From assembly GCF_009914755.1 (NCBI RefSeq), contig NC_060934.1: a DNA stretch of 64,000 nucleotides; one strand, 5' to 3'. A program made the translations under genes and the position numbers. This document shows, piece after piece, positions 1 to 13,193 of this stretch. Under the pieces are notes generated by a model. The model did no database searches. It saw only the letters and a list, made by a program, of their open reading frames with translations, and was not told the origin of the DNA. Position 1 is the stretch's first letter. Every line of letters starts with the position of its first letter. The stretch is from the human T2T-CHM13v2.0 reference genome, Homo sapiens.

Positions 1-889
1 TTTGCAGATTTCCCACCTGAAAAACAGGCTTGACGAAGGGATTAGTGACTACTGCTCACAGTGCCTGTCTTCCAAGATTGTAGCAGCCAAGCTTCTCTCG
101 AGAACATTTTGTTCAAGCACCTCATTGCATGCACTTGTTGATTTGCTGGTAGGGTGGCTGTGTGGAAGGCTGGAAGGGTATGACAGTCCTGCATTCATTC
201 ACTCTGTGCCCTCAGCACATTCATTTCTTAACTTCCTGGAGACTGGATTTGTGCATCCATGAAATAGGAATCACGATTCCTCCCACCCAGCACTGTTGGG
301 AAGATTGAGCACCTTAACTCAGTACACAGTGCCTGATGTGCAGAAGGCCCAGGCGATGTCGGTTCCTCTCCCTTCCCCCTGAGGGTTCCAAGACAAAAAG
401 CACATCTCGATGTGATTTGATGCAGTCTGGCCAAAGTATCGTGATTTAAAGAACTGGCGCAAAAACAAAGCAAATTATATGCCATGGGCACCAGTTTCTG
501 AACCGGTAGCAGGAAGGTTGGGGAGGGGGCGGTTGGCACAACGTGAAGTGGGAAGAAAGGCACAAAGATGTTCCAGTTTCAATGACATTGCCCTAAGTAA
601 GCTGCCTTCTTTAAGTGGGGAAAAAAGACCTCAGTGGCTAGCATGTTTAGCTCACCTGATTATGGCTTACTCCCAGGGTTTATTTCTAAAAGCATAATTG
701 ATTGAAGGGCATTGATCTATGAGAAACTAATGTCCTAATTCTGTGAGCATTAAGCAAAAACGAGGTATTTAACTTTAAAGCATTACCTGTAATTATCTTC
801 CATTCCATATACTGATCTTTGAGTTGCAAGGTCCAACTTTCATTCTCATTTCCATGAAATCTGCACGAAGTCAGGAGAACCGGTGGAAA

Positions 890-1075
890 GAGGTTGAGAT
901 TTGGATTGAAACCATCTGTGTTTGAATTCGGGCTCCAGCATTTACTCTCCGTGTGACTTGAGTAAACCACTTAAGTGCCATAGTGGTTTACTCTGAGCCA
1001 TACTTTATTCATCTGTGAAATGGGGGCAATAATAATACCTCTCAGGGTTATTTTAGGTCTCAAATGAGGGAAAAG
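890..1075 (+). mobile_element. MIR SINE fragment
   Basis: Core-like tgtgacttgagtaa...ctctgagcc...catctgtgaaatgggggcaataataatacct. Confidence 0.7.
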
Positions 1076-1272
1076 ATGCCCGCATTCTGTCTTTAAAGCA
1101 GCATTCACCCTGAGGAGTCCCTGAGCCCATTTCTCACTTTGGGGCCCAGCAGCCAGGGCAGCTAGGGGTGGTGGGTAGGAGAGGGTAGTGGGGGGCATGG
1201 CAAAAAGCAGAACTTGGTGCAGTCATTTTTCAATTGTCCAAAAATATATTCTTTCCAGAACTGTTCCCTGGC

Positions 1273-1274
<2 letters not shown>

Positions 1275-1302
<28 letters not shown>
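1275..1302. repeat. (TG)14 microsatellite
   Basis: Read directly. Confidence 0.95.
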
Positions 1303-1303
<1 letters not shown>

Positions 1304-2104
1304 TCTGAAGTGGATGAAATTTGTCAACAAAATCTTTACTAAAAATGGAACTTCTGCACATCTAATTGCAGAATTTTGCTAAATAAAACCGAAGATATCT
1401 TGCCTGTCTCCAGGCATATCCGAGGGGATTAATTTGTCACCCTTCAAAAACAATTCTTTGGAGGAATACCCTCTTTGATTCTCTATTCTCACATTAATTA
1501 GTAGTAGAAGGAACACCGCACACACTTGGTGGAGGAGGAACTAAGAGAAACACATTTGCCACCCCTCTCAAAGGGGAGAAACAACAAGGAGAGAGCACTG
1601 GGGTACGAAGTTCAGCACCATCTGGAGGGGAGGGGAGTACAGCAATGGCCGAAGTCTCCGGTACTCGTCACTGGCTGCACAACGCCAGCCAGCCATCGTT
1701 ATTTGCTAGAGAAGCTTTGTAGGCTGTGTTTAGTAAAAAATATTTTTTTAAGCCTAAGTTCCAAGGGCAAATGCTTTTGAGAATAAAATGAAGACATAGT
1801 TGATTTATTTATTTTTAGTGACTATGGGGGAAGTTGATATTGGAACCAAACTCCAAATCAGAATTTGAGATTATTGTTGAGGTCAAACATTGAATACTAC
1901 TTGTACTTTTGATAATTGTCTGATTGATTTTTTTCTGATCCAAGTATTTATCCAAAGATATTTTTGATTCAGATTTGTGTTTACTGTGATGAGTTTGTAA
2001 TAGAAATTTTTTTGGAAAATTAGAGGAGTTACCCCTGTCATTTTGTGTTGGTCAAATACAAATTATTTTCTTTTAAACATTTCCTTTTTTTCCTTCTCTC
2101 TCTC

Positions 2105-2334
2105 TTTTTTTTTTTTTTTTGAGACAGGGCTTTGCTCTGCCACCTAGCCTGAAGTGGCAAAATCATAGCTCACTGCAGCCTCAAACTCCTGAGCTGGGAC
2201 TACAGGCATGGGCCACCATGCCAGCTAATTTTTTAATTTTTGTAGAGATGGGGGTCTTGCTATGTTGCCCAGGCTGGTCTGGAACTCCTGGCCTCAAGTG
2301 ATCCTCCCTTCTCAGCCTCCCAAAGTGCTGGGAT
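2105..2334 (-). mobile_element. AluJ-type element with internal deletions, 5'-truncated
   Basis: PolyT followed by gagacaggg...cctcccaaagtgctgggat; J-type gcagcctcaaactcctg. Confidence 0.85.
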
Positions 2335-3814
2335 CTTATTTCTCTTTAAAAATAACCCAAGTAACACCCAATTAATACGATGTGTTTTGCTGGTTGGAGA
2401 AAGTGTTTCTGTCACTAAATTGGGCATAGGCCACCTTTGCAAGGCAGTCCCTCCTTTACTGTCCAAGTGAGCAGAGACACAGAAGGCTGGGTGTAGACCC
2501 AACAGCCTGGTGTCCCCCACCTCCTCTGGGGCCCCCTCCACGCAGTTCCAAAAGCCGTCTCCATGGCCTGCTTGTTTAAGGTAATTACAACATGCACTTC
2601 CTCCCTGCTGCTTCTGCTGAGGCAGAAAATACTTCATCATTTACTTCAGTCATGAGAATAAAGCCAAAAAATCTGGAACATAAACACCATTTTTTCTTTG
2701 CATTCAAAGGCCAAGCTCAGGGTGAGTTTGTGAATAATAAACCCAAGTTGGCAATCAAGCTAATAAGTATGAAGTTGCTGGGGAGAGAAGTCCTCCGCGA
2801 GCTGGGAGCTGAGGGTGTACCCAGGGCTTTTTGTTCCCCTGTTGGTAAATAACAGCCCTTTATTTACACACAGTTGTTTCGGCTTCAAAAGATATTCAAA
2901 GCCCAGCTAGTTTCTGCAGTTGCTTTACATGGAAAGGAATATATATGTGAATTTTTAAAGAGATTGAGCCCCAATTAAATCTATGCTGCCCGGAGAGAGT
3001 TGCAGGCGAGTCAGCCTGAGATCCAAGGGGGAAAAGAGGCGCATGTGATTAGCAGGCAAGCCAGGGTTGTAAACATAGGCGCTTTCTTTCTGAAATGGGA
3101 ATTGCCCGCAAGAAAGTATTCATCTGCAGCCTCGAGCTTAGAGAAATTCCAGGGCCAGGCGCCTTTTGGTTTAAGAACAGAACTTTGAACTCTCCATTTC
3201 AAAAACTGAATTTCTCCTCCCCCTGGTTAGGAAAAGCATCCGATGCCGAGCGTCTCCATTCAAGCTCTCCAAACTTTCAGCATTTTTTCATTTGAAGCTT
3301 GTAGCCATACAAACCTCTGGTAATGAGTTCCCTGCCCGAGACAAGTTCTGCATCCAGTTTGTGCGCCGGCCCAGTGAAACAGTTTACAAGTCTGAGAGTC
3401 CGAGGGGGCGGAATCCAAAGGAAATCTCCAGAAAGGAATGAAGAGCTATCATGGAAATCTTTATTTATGTGAAGAGAAAGAGCTAAAACATTACCTCAGA
3501 ATGCAAGATTACAACATCAGTCGGATAGAAAGTAAATCTATTCTAGTGGTGAGACATCAGAAACCCGTAATCCTTTCTCAAAGCCCTTTTGTTATTTTAA
3601 TGTCCGACAAATTATGCTTTTTTTTTTTTTAAAGAAGAAAAACACTTAGATTTGAGAGGTTTCCTTTTTTCCCGAAAAAGTAATTTCACTACCTAAAAGT
3701 TTTAATTTTCTGTAACCTGGTCTTTACTGTGCTGGCCGAGCATACCTACAAGACCATGGTAATTTTCAGCTTCAATAGAACTGGGCACAAAGTGACCACC
3801 AGGATCGGCCTCAA

Positions 3815-3828
3815 GTTGCTATGGCAAC
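3815..3828. promoter_or_regulatory. RFX X-box motif GTTGCTATGGCAAC
   Basis: 13/14 match to the palindromic consensus GTTGCCATGGCAAC. Confidence 0.5.
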
Positions 3829-4338
3829 AGTATTTCTAAAAGGTGCTGAAGTTATGTGGGGCATTTTTGTTTGCTAATTTTAAATTTTGCCTTTATAGTT
3901 TTTTAAAACAGATACATATGGATGAGTAAATTGCAATACTAACTCTTTTCTTCCTCTTTATGTCACTCATGTCATAGGGATCCTGACTATCTTGTAAATG
4001 ACTTTGTAAAGAATTCACTAAGAAATAGAAAAAGAGTCAAAGAAAATTGGACAAATGACAAAAAAAATAAAAACCAAATTCATCCTGTTTTTTCTAGAAG
4101 CTTTTCAGTGGGAAATTCTCTCAAGAGATCCTTGAGAAGGGGCCAGGCCTGGAAGAAATGGGGCTTCCATGTGCCAGACCCTGGCTTGGTGCAGAGGTGT
4201 AAAGATGAGAGAGTTCACGTCATGCTCAGGCCATGGGCTCTGTCAGGCAAAAAAAAAACAAAAAAACTAAAAAACAAAAAAAAAATCCTCGCCCTCATGG
4301 AGCAAAAATGTGAGGGAGTCACACAAAAGCCACAGTAA

Positions 4339-4352
4339 ATGATTAGATAGAT

Positions 4353-4383
<31 letters not shown>

Positions 4384-4645
4384 GACAGATAGATAGATGA
4401 CAGATGATAGATAATAGATGATAGATAGATAGATAGACACATACATACATACATACATACATACATACATACATGGGTGGATGAATGGATAGATGGATGG
4501 ATAAATGGATGGATGGAAGATAGATAGATACATGGGTGGATGAATGGATAGATGGATGGATAAATAATAGATGGATGGGTAGATAGAAACATGGATGGAT
4601 GAAAGCATAGATAGATGGATAAATAGGCAGACGGATGGATGGATG

Positions 4646-4688
<43 letters not shown>

Positions 4689-4856
4689 GATAGATATAGA
4701 TAGATCCATAGATACATAGATAGACACATAGATAGGTGGATGGATGGATAGATAAATTAATAGATGATAGGTGGATAGAGAGATGGGTGATAGGCAGACA
4801 GATGGTAGGAGAGATAGAGCTGGATAGATGGATGATGGATAGATAGATAGATAGAT
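4339..4856. repeat. Compound (GATA)n/(CATA)n/(GGAT)n tetranucleotide repeat
   Basis: Read directly; source of the spurious IYLS-type ORFs. Confidence 0.95.
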
Positions 4857-5055
4857 AACAATAGTGTGTCAGAAGATAACAAGTGCTGTGAAAAAACAAA
4901 ACAAAACAAAAACAGAGGTGCTCCTAGAGCCACAGTGGGGTGTAATATAGAACAAGGTGGTCAGAATGGGCCTCACTGAGATTGGGGTCATTTGAGTACA
5001 GGCCTGAAGCAGGGGAGGAGTCGGGCTGACAGAGGGAAAACCAAGTGCAAAGCCC
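4857..5055 (-). mobile_element. L2 fragment
   Basis: Diverged L2-like aagtgctgtgaaaa...aggtggtcagaatgggcctcactgag...tttgagtacaggcctgaag. Confidence 0.55.
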
Positions 5056-6639
5056 TCGATTCAGGAGATCGTTATGAATATGGGTTATTTGTTACTATAA
5101 TCTGAAAAGCTGCAAACCTCGGAGCCTATGAAGTTTGCAAGTTTTTGTGGGAGTTTTGTGCCCCTCCACTAAATGACCCCAGACTTCAATGCACAAAGTC
5201 CAGACTCTTTGTTTACTTATCTCTTTCCTCCAAGTCAGCCATCTTCTCTAGCAGGGCAGTTTTGCCTTGCCCCAGAAACAGCCTCTTCCTCCTCCTCATG
5301 TGTTAGCTGTGAAGTCATGTGATTTAGAAAAACAGATGACCAAACCTGTTAGATTTGGGTCTGGCTAGGGTGTACCATGAAGAAGCACGTCACTTTTATA
5401 CGCTGCATTTGTGTTTTACATGTTGTGAATCTTTCCAAGCGGGAGGCCACAGGGGATCCTAGTTGTATTCCTTACACCCAGCCAGCACCTGGCACACAAC
5501 GTGGCAGGATAAGATGCCCCAGGAATGCATGGATCAACTTGGATATATCTACTTTGTCTATCCAAATGCCTTTTTCCTTCCTTCATGGGTCTCATCACTT
5601 GTGGATGCCAGATAACTGAGTGTCAGAGTGAATAAGAACTTGCATTCTTAGGGCATGTTTATTACCCAAGCATTTTCAAATCGATGACCTCACCTGGATT
5701 CTAACACCAACCCTCAGCAGTATGCAGAAAAAGCGCAATCAGCCTCAATTTATAGATGGGTTGGCAGATTGGAAGAAGCTAATTGCCTCAGGCCACAGTG
5801 AGAGGCAGCCTCTGCAGTGTCGAGAGGTCCTGATTTCAAGGTCAGTGCCCCACTCCCATCACACGTGGCCGGGGGCTATCTGCAGAATGGGTGGTGACAG
5901 CCGGGACAGCAGGGGCTTATAATTACTCTGGAAATGTGGGATCCCAAGGGCAAGCTGAGGTGGCCGAGCCAGAGTCAAGATGTAGGAGACCAGTTAACCC
6001 TACAAGGAGTAACCTTGTAGGTGAGGCCTGTGTGAAAATGTCTACAAATGGGTGTGGGGGACAATAAGGCTTGGGAGTCAGGGCCCTGAGTGCTGGTCTT
6101 GGCTTGGCCACTAGCATGCTCTTGGGCATAGCAGTTCCCCTCTCTGAGCCTGTTTTCTTGGTGATGAGAAGAGAGCACTGGCCTCACCCAGCTTCCTCAC
6201 AACGTCAGAGGCAAGCAAGGCAGTTGCAAAGTCCCAGAGAGAGCGCAGGACACCATGGAATCAAGTCTGCAAGTGCGATGCCCCTTTCTGTTCTCTTTCA
6301 TCCCTCCTTCTAGGAGCCCAGGGCTTTGGGACATTGGTGAGCAGCAGGATCTAGAAAACATTTAATAGCCTTATTCTCACTGAATTTGTTTTGACTTTTC
6401 CTTTCTATTTATGGCAAATGCTGATTTTTCATTTCTAGCAGGAATATCAAGACTCCTTTTAAAACAAATGAATTCAAGTAAACATAGTGAATTATTAAAA
6501 GAAAAAATTTAAGTAAATAACATTAGAGGTGGAACTACAGATATTGCAGAGATTATGAAGGTGGTTTAGAAGAGAGTGGCCTTGGAGAAACGCTGAGTGA
6601 GATGACCGCAAGGGTCCTTCTGCTCTGCAGAGTGTTGGA

Positions 6640-6800
6640 GAGTGGAGGTTATCAGCATGGACTCTAGATCCACATGTTGGGTTCTTTCACTTACATAGCT
6701 GGATACACGTGGGCAGGTTTCTTAATCTCTCTGTGCCTCAGTTTCCTTACCTGTAAAATGGGAATAGTAGCACACCTTCCTCAAAAGATTGCTGTGTGTT
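6640..6800 (+). mobile_element. MIR
   Basis: Core ctctctgtgcctcagtttccttacctgtaaaatgggaatagta. Confidence 0.8.
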
Positions 6801-7459
6801 GCCCTAAGAAGAGCGCCTGGCTCAGAGAAAATGCTGTGGGAGTGTTATCTGTTATGATGACCTTCAAAGAGTCCTTAATCAGACCCAAGCCGAGGGCTTT
6901 TGGAAGAGAGTGGCGACTGGGGGGCAGTAACCATGTCTACACTCATTGGCTTACCAGAACCCGCGTGCTTGTACACACTGTTTTCTGTCCCTGAACACAT
7001 AATCCCAGTGTTTCCTGCTTCTTCCTGTTGGAAAGTAAGTGAAGCCTTCCATAAATAATGGGGGAGGAGGAGAGAGGCCATCTGGCCCCAACCTCTATCC
7101 ACACAGAATGAGAAAAAGTTGCCCAGGTGTTACCTGTCTTCTCATCATTTATCTGAGATCCTGCAAGAGTCAGCTGTGAGCCACATGTGCAATCATCTCC
7201 TGAGCCAAAAGGAGAGAAAGCAAAGCAGGGTTCTGAAGCCAGACCAGCCCAAATGGCAGCTCTCCCACTCACTGTCCTCTCCAGGCCCTTCCCTCCACAC
7301 TTGCTCCCTGCTCTGAGTCACACTTTGTATTTCTTTGTGACAAGCCCATTTGGTTTTCTCCTCAAAGGTTGGTAATGCAGCATCTTCTGAGACACCAAAA
7401 CCTGAGCAAGGTCCCAGGAAGAGGTGGCCTGACCTTGTAGGTGACCTCGTGCAGGACTT

Positions 7460-7462
<3 letters not shown>

Positions 7463-7497
<35 letters not shown>

Positions 7498-7498
7498 T
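7463..7498. repeat. (GT)n microsatellite
   Basis: Read directly. Confidence 0.9.
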
Positions 7499-7919
7499 AT
7501 GAATTTACAACTGGTCTACCCCAGCCCAGCTCTCCATCTGCCTGCACTCCCTGGAGCAGACAGCAGATAACCATTTAATAGATTGGCTTGAAAAGTTTAT
7601 TTAAAGGGAAAATGTAATTGCATTCTATTCCAGGGAGGTGTGAAGATGTTCCAGCGGCCTGGTCATGGCATATGCACACTGTCAGAAGTCATCCTGAGGA
7701 TGTTACTGCACATTGATGGGAGCCAGGGAGCCAGCTGTCATTAGAGGGATGTACAACAAGCGTCATTATGTAGATCATAATCTTACTGGACTCTTACATG
7801 TGCTATTCACAGTTGCAAACAAGACCTTGGCTCTCTTCTATCCTTGATATTTCCTTTCCCACCCCCACAAAACAATTGCAAACCAAGCCATGGTGGCAGA
7901 GTTTAATATGGCCAAAAGG

Positions 7920-8170
7920 CAGGATATACAGGGCTTACAAGTGTGGCTTCCAAAGTCAGTCTACCTAAGTTTCAGTCCTGGGTTTTCTATATACTAAGTA
8001 AATAATGTTAGGAAACTTACTTAAACTCTTGGTACCTCAGTTTCCTCATATATAAAATGAGGATAGTAATACCTACCTCACAGGGTTGTTGGAAAGATTG
8101 AATAAATTAACACATGTAAGCACTTTCAACAGGCACATAGCAAATACAGGATATGTGTTAGCAACTATTG
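7920..8170 (+). mobile_element. MIR (near full length)
   Basis: cctcagtttcctcatatataaaatgaggatagtaatacctacctcacagggttgtt...ggcacatag. Confidence 0.85.
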
Positions 8171-8216
8171 TTTACTCAAAAAATTCTTACACTAGGCAAG
8201 TATCTCATACCCTAAG

Positions 8217-8619
8217 TTTACTAGGCCATTCTTGCATTGCTATAAAGAAAAACCTGAGACTGAGTAATTTATAAAGAAAAGAGGTTTATTGGGGCTCACA
8301 TTCTGCAGTCTGTACGGGAAGCGTGGTGCTAACATCTGCTTGGCTTCTGGGGAGGCCTCAGGAAGCTTACAATCATGGTGAAAGGTGAAGGGGGAGCAGG
8401 CACATCACATGATGGAAGCAGAGCAAGAGAAAGAGAGAGGAGGTGCCACACACTTTTAAATGACTAGATCTCATAAGAACTCACTATCACAAAGACAGCA
8501 CCAAGCTATGAGGGATTCACCCCCATGATCCAGATACCTCCCACCAGGCCCCATGTCCAGCACTGGGGATTACAATTCAACAAGAGTTTTAACCAGGGAC
8601 AAATATCCAAACTGTATCA
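8217..8619 (-). mobile_element. MST-type MaLR solo LTR (MSTA/MSTB)
   Basis: ggggaggcctcaggaagcttacaatcatgg...ccaaactgtatca terminus. Confidence 0.85.
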
Positions 8620-8620
8620 C

Positions 8621-9065
8621 TTAGTAGCCAGCCTCCAATATGGCCCCCAGTGTTTCTCATCTCCTGTCATTCCTGCGCTTGCATAGTTCCTTCCACACTG
8701 AATAGGGCTACTATGCAACCAATAGCACATTGAGGAAATGATGGGGTGTGACTTCTGAGGGTAGGTTGCAAAGTCACTGCAGCTTCCACCTTGTGCTCTC
8801 TGGGATCACTTACTTTGGTTCACTTGCCAGCTGCCATGCTGTGAGGAGACTCAAGCAGCACTGTGGAGTGGCCCATGTAGGGAGGAACCGAAACTGCCTA
8901 CAAATAACCAGAGTTAATTTACTATCCATGTGGCTAAGCCACCTTGAAAGTGGATCCTCCAGCCCCAGTCAAGCCTTCAGATGGCTGCAGCCCCAGTCAA
9001 CATTTTGATTGCAACCTGATGACAGACCCTGAGCCAGAACCATCAAGGTAATAGCAATAGATACA
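8621..9065 (+). mobile_element. MLT1F-like MaLR LTR
   Basis: gccagcctccaatatggccccca...gtgtgacttctgag...cagccccagtcaagccttcagatg. Confidence 0.75.
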
Positions 9066-10741
9066 TTGGGCTTTGCACATTTAGAGGTGGAGGAGCAGGG
9101 CCAGAATCAGCAGGGGTGGCTTTATAAACCAGACACTCATGTGTTCACTGCCACCCACAGGTATGCAGAGAGATGCCCAAGTGTGCATCCCAGTGGGGTT
9201 CTGAGGTGTCCCAGTGGGCTGTGGGAGACAGAAAGAAATTCAAGGAAAATCCACGCCAGAGGCTTTCTGTAGTTTTGCACCTCACCCTTCCCATACCTTT
9301 TCTCCTCATCTCCCCAGGCATCCACTGTGAACAGACCTTAGGAGGGTCAAGCAGGGAAGATGTATATAAGCACCAAAGGCCAGCACTGTGTCCTAGCGGG
9401 CATGGCCTCTTCCAGACTTAGATGAGTTCTTAGGGGGACCAAAAAAGAGAGATCTGCTGAGGTTGCAAAGGCATCTGCTGGGCAATAGCATAATCAGGGA
9501 TGAGGGTGGAGGGATGGGATTGATCATGAGAAAGGCCTGATCACATTCTCCAAAAGTGGCACTTTTTCAACAATTGTTCAAAGGCTGTATGTTTACTTAC
9601 TAGTGGTTAGAACAATGCAGGAGGATATGAAAAAAGTGACTCATTAATGTGGAATTGAAACATCAGCAGCCAGACCAGGAGACACATTAAGAAGGTAAGC
9701 AAATGCTGGCTGCTTTTCTTGTGCCTCCCTCCTTGCCCCTGCTCCTGATTTTGGAACATGGCTCTTTCTGCAGCTGAGAGCCCCTGGCACATTCTCCTGC
9801 TGAATCCTACTGCTATTTTGCAGGCACTCTGAAAGCTTCATCTAAACAGCCATGTGAGAAACCAGCCATGATGAGGACTCCCCAAGGCCACCCAGGGAAA
9901 CTTCATTCAGAGAAAACAGGAGACATTCCAAGTGTTGGACTGGAACAATAAACCTCTCAATGTCAAAGAAGCCCTGCTTCCCTTTGTACTCTCCATAGGC
10001 TTGGGAAAGCCCTCTCTCCCTCCCCAGGGAGGGTTAGTGCGACAGATTGTTAGACAGGTGATGACTGATAGCACCAAGAGAGGAATCATTGCCTTGTACC
10101 TGTGGCCAGGTGCTTTTGTCTCTGGCTCACCAGATCTCAACAACGACACTCAGGATAGAGCAAAGACCAAAGCTGTGCTGCATCCCCATCTCCACTCTAT
10201 GTTTTCTCTCTGCTAGTGATAGGAGCATCCTGTTTCTGGGTGCCATTTTAGTACTAAAAGGGGGCTTTCAGTGTGTTTCTGCTGGGTGCCCAGTCTCTCT
10301 TATCATGGCAGACCAGAGGAGGAATTTCACTAGGTACAGGCCTTCCTTCAAAAAGGTCACAACATCCCAGGAACTCACCCACCATAGTAGAACACAGCAG
10401 GTACTACTTGACTGACTTGAGCAGGGGGAACAAGGTGCTTTAGGGGTAAAGGGACAGGAGGTATTGATTCTGCTTGGAGATAAGAGAGAAAGGGAAGTGT
10501 TTTCAAAACGTAACCTGGATCATACTGTGAACACTGTTGTTTTATCTTACATTTAATTTCTTAATTTTGTAAGCCCATATTCTCTTAAATTTTATTGAAA
10601 GTATCAAGCAGAAGCTATCCAAAAACTTTTGTTTCCTTAGATAAACGTTTTTCAAAATATTGATTTTTTTTCTGCATTTCAGTTATGTTCTTCTCTTAAG
10701 CTACAGGCCCATCTTTTCTTCTTTTTACTCAATCAATTGCC

Positions 10742-10773
<32 letters not shown>

Positions 10774-11003
10774 GCTTCACTTCCTTCCCCTCTTCTTCTC
10801 TTTTTTTCTCCCTTCCACCTCCTTATTCTCCTTTATCCGTGAATAAAGAAGCACTCTATCCATGTCTAGTGTTTGCCTAGACCATTGGTAAATCCATGCC
10901 AATCCATGCATTGGTAATCCATTGGTAGACTTTCCCTGGCCCCTTCATGTAATAGATATCTTGCTTTGTGATAAACCATTTTTTCCAGAGCTTGTGGGAG
11001 GTT

Positions 11004-11502
11004 GGTATCGGTTAGCTTTGCTGTGTAACAAATCACCCAGATCTCAGTGGCTTAAGATATCAATGACTTATTGTTGCTCATATCTTTGGTCTACTGGGAT
11101 TTGGCTGATGTAGGCTGGGCTCAGCTGAGGGCTCTGCATCAGGTATCTTGGCAGCTGTTTCCCACTGCAGCTCTGATGGTTGGTCAAGGCAACCCTACAT
11201 CATACAGGTTTCAGCCTTCATTGACCAGTGCACTGACCTTGTCATGTTTATCATATCATAGTGATTATAGAGGTACTAAATAACAAGTGAAAACATGCGT
11301 CTAGGCTCAGAGTAGCTTACTGTCACTTCTACCCATTTATCATTATCCAAAACAAGTCACATGGCCAAGCCCAAATTCAAGAAGCATGAAACTCCATTCT
11401 GCCATTCTGCCCATGGAGATACTGGGAGAGCTATAGAACCACTAGGAGAGGATGTATACAGGATAGGATAAGAAATTAAGGACAATAATGCAATCACCCA
11501 CA
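11004..11502 (-). mobile_element. Old MLT1 (G/H-like) LTR
   Basis: gctgtgtaacaaatcacccagatctcagtggcttaa...agtcacatggccaagcccaa. Confidence 0.7.
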
Positions 11503-12207
11503 GTGGTTCCAAGATAAATAAGAGATCTAGTGACTTGGAGTCTGCCTTCAATGGGTCAAGAGAAAAGATTGAGAAGGGATTCTCCGAGAGAAGGAAGGGT
11601 ACAAGACCAGGGTGAAATGCAGTTCAGCCTAGCATTGCTTGTTTTTCTCCTTGCTCCAGGCTTCACCGATCTTCCCAGGAACTGCTCAGAGCCTGCTCCT
11701 CTCAGACTTTCCTGGGGTAAGCCCAGTTCCAATCTACTGATTCTTGCTTTCTTCTGGAGTCTTGCAAAGAAAACCCCATACAGAATGGATGACTTCTGAG
11801 CTAGCCTAATAAGCCAAGTAGACCCCTCAGTTTGCATGTGGATCAGCTCTTACACAACTGAGTGCATTTGTCAACTGTGACTCTCTGGAAGTGTCCATTT
11901 TAATTGCAAGTACCTGCTCACCAACCGGTACTCATAAACAATTCCCTAATGGGTCCATCAAGTCAATGAGCACAAATTTTTGTACAGAATAAAAAATAGT
12001 CTCCTCAAGGGACAGAGCCCAGCCTCCATTCTGGATTCCAAGGACTTGGTCTCCAGTACCCATTGTCTCAGAAAATGCCACTCACTGTTTGCTTGGGACC
12101 CAAAGACTTTCTTTAAAGAAAACCACATTTAATGCAAACAGTGTATTCTACCTGCTTAGGAAGTCATGGAGGTATTGTGATTAAAGGAAAAGTAGAGATT
12201 ATCTAGT

Positions 12208-12436
12208 CAAAAGGTTGGCAAACCTTTCTGTAAAGGGCAAAAGAGTAAAAATTGTAGGCTTTGCGGGCCATACAATCTCTGTTGCAGTGACTCAACTCTT
12301 GCCGTTATAGCGTAAAAACAGCTCTAGACAATATGTAAACAAATGAGCATGGCTGTGCTCAATACAACTTTGTTTACAAAAATAACTGGCAGGTCAAATT
12401 TGATCCACTGGCAGGGCTATAATTGACTAAACTCTG
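12208..12436. mobile_element. MER58A (hAT-Charlie) inserted in a MIR
   Basis: ggttggcaaacctttctgtaaagggc...ggctttgcgggccata...gcatggctgtg; MIR-like sequence resumes after it (cccattttacagat). Confidence 0.8.
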
Positions 12437-13193
12437 CTCTGATCTAACCTCCCATTTTACAGATTTGGCAACTGAGAACACTGAGGCATCTTGTCCTGCC
12501 ATTACTGAACCTGGCACACACATGCACCGTGGCAATGGTCTTTTGGTACTGACTGTGCTTCTTTGCAGGGCTCTACCAGGCTGCGAGGCCCCAGGATGAG
12601 TGTGCTGAGGGGTCTGTGCCTAGGCCTTGATGGTTGTGAAACAAAATATCACCCTTACTTGTTTATATTCAAGGCTTCCTACAAGACAGATCTTCTTGAC
12701 CTTGGAGACCTTGAATCATCCATCTTGTAACCCCAGTGACTTCCCAGCTCTGCCTCTGGTGCATAGCAAGGGCCAGTCAAAATGAATAAATGAGGCCCAG
12801 AGAGCAGGAGTGACTTGACCAAGGTGCCACCGTCTGATTAGCAGCAGCACAGGGACCAGAATCCAGGACATGACGTTACAGGGTAATCTGTGCTCATGCA
12901 GGGTAATCTGCTATTGGTTAGATATAAGATTGGATAAGGGGTTGAATAATTGCAAAAATATCAGTTAATTCATCAACAAATACCTACCAAAAGCACCTGC
13001 AGGTTGGGAGGCCCTAAGCCAAATGCTGCAGGCAGGGAAGGGCTAACCTGCAAGGAGGCTGCAGTACCGGAGGAGACACATGCAAATAGCTCTAAGCCTA
13101 GTGCTCATTTCTAGCTATAGAATAGACTCTGGAAGACTATGATTAACTTTTATTTTTCTACTTCTCTCTGCCTCGTGCTCCACCATATGTACA

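Noticed and set aside
4215-4899. ORFs of 128-210 aa (IYLS/IHPS repeats)
   Set aside because: Translations of the GATA/GGAT microsatellite; no coding signal.
5999-6021. 9-bp perfect inverted repeat CCTACAAGG/CCTTGTAGG (a similar one at 23305-23323)
   Set aside because: Stems this short are expected by chance in 64 kb; the second is also only a poor p53 site match.
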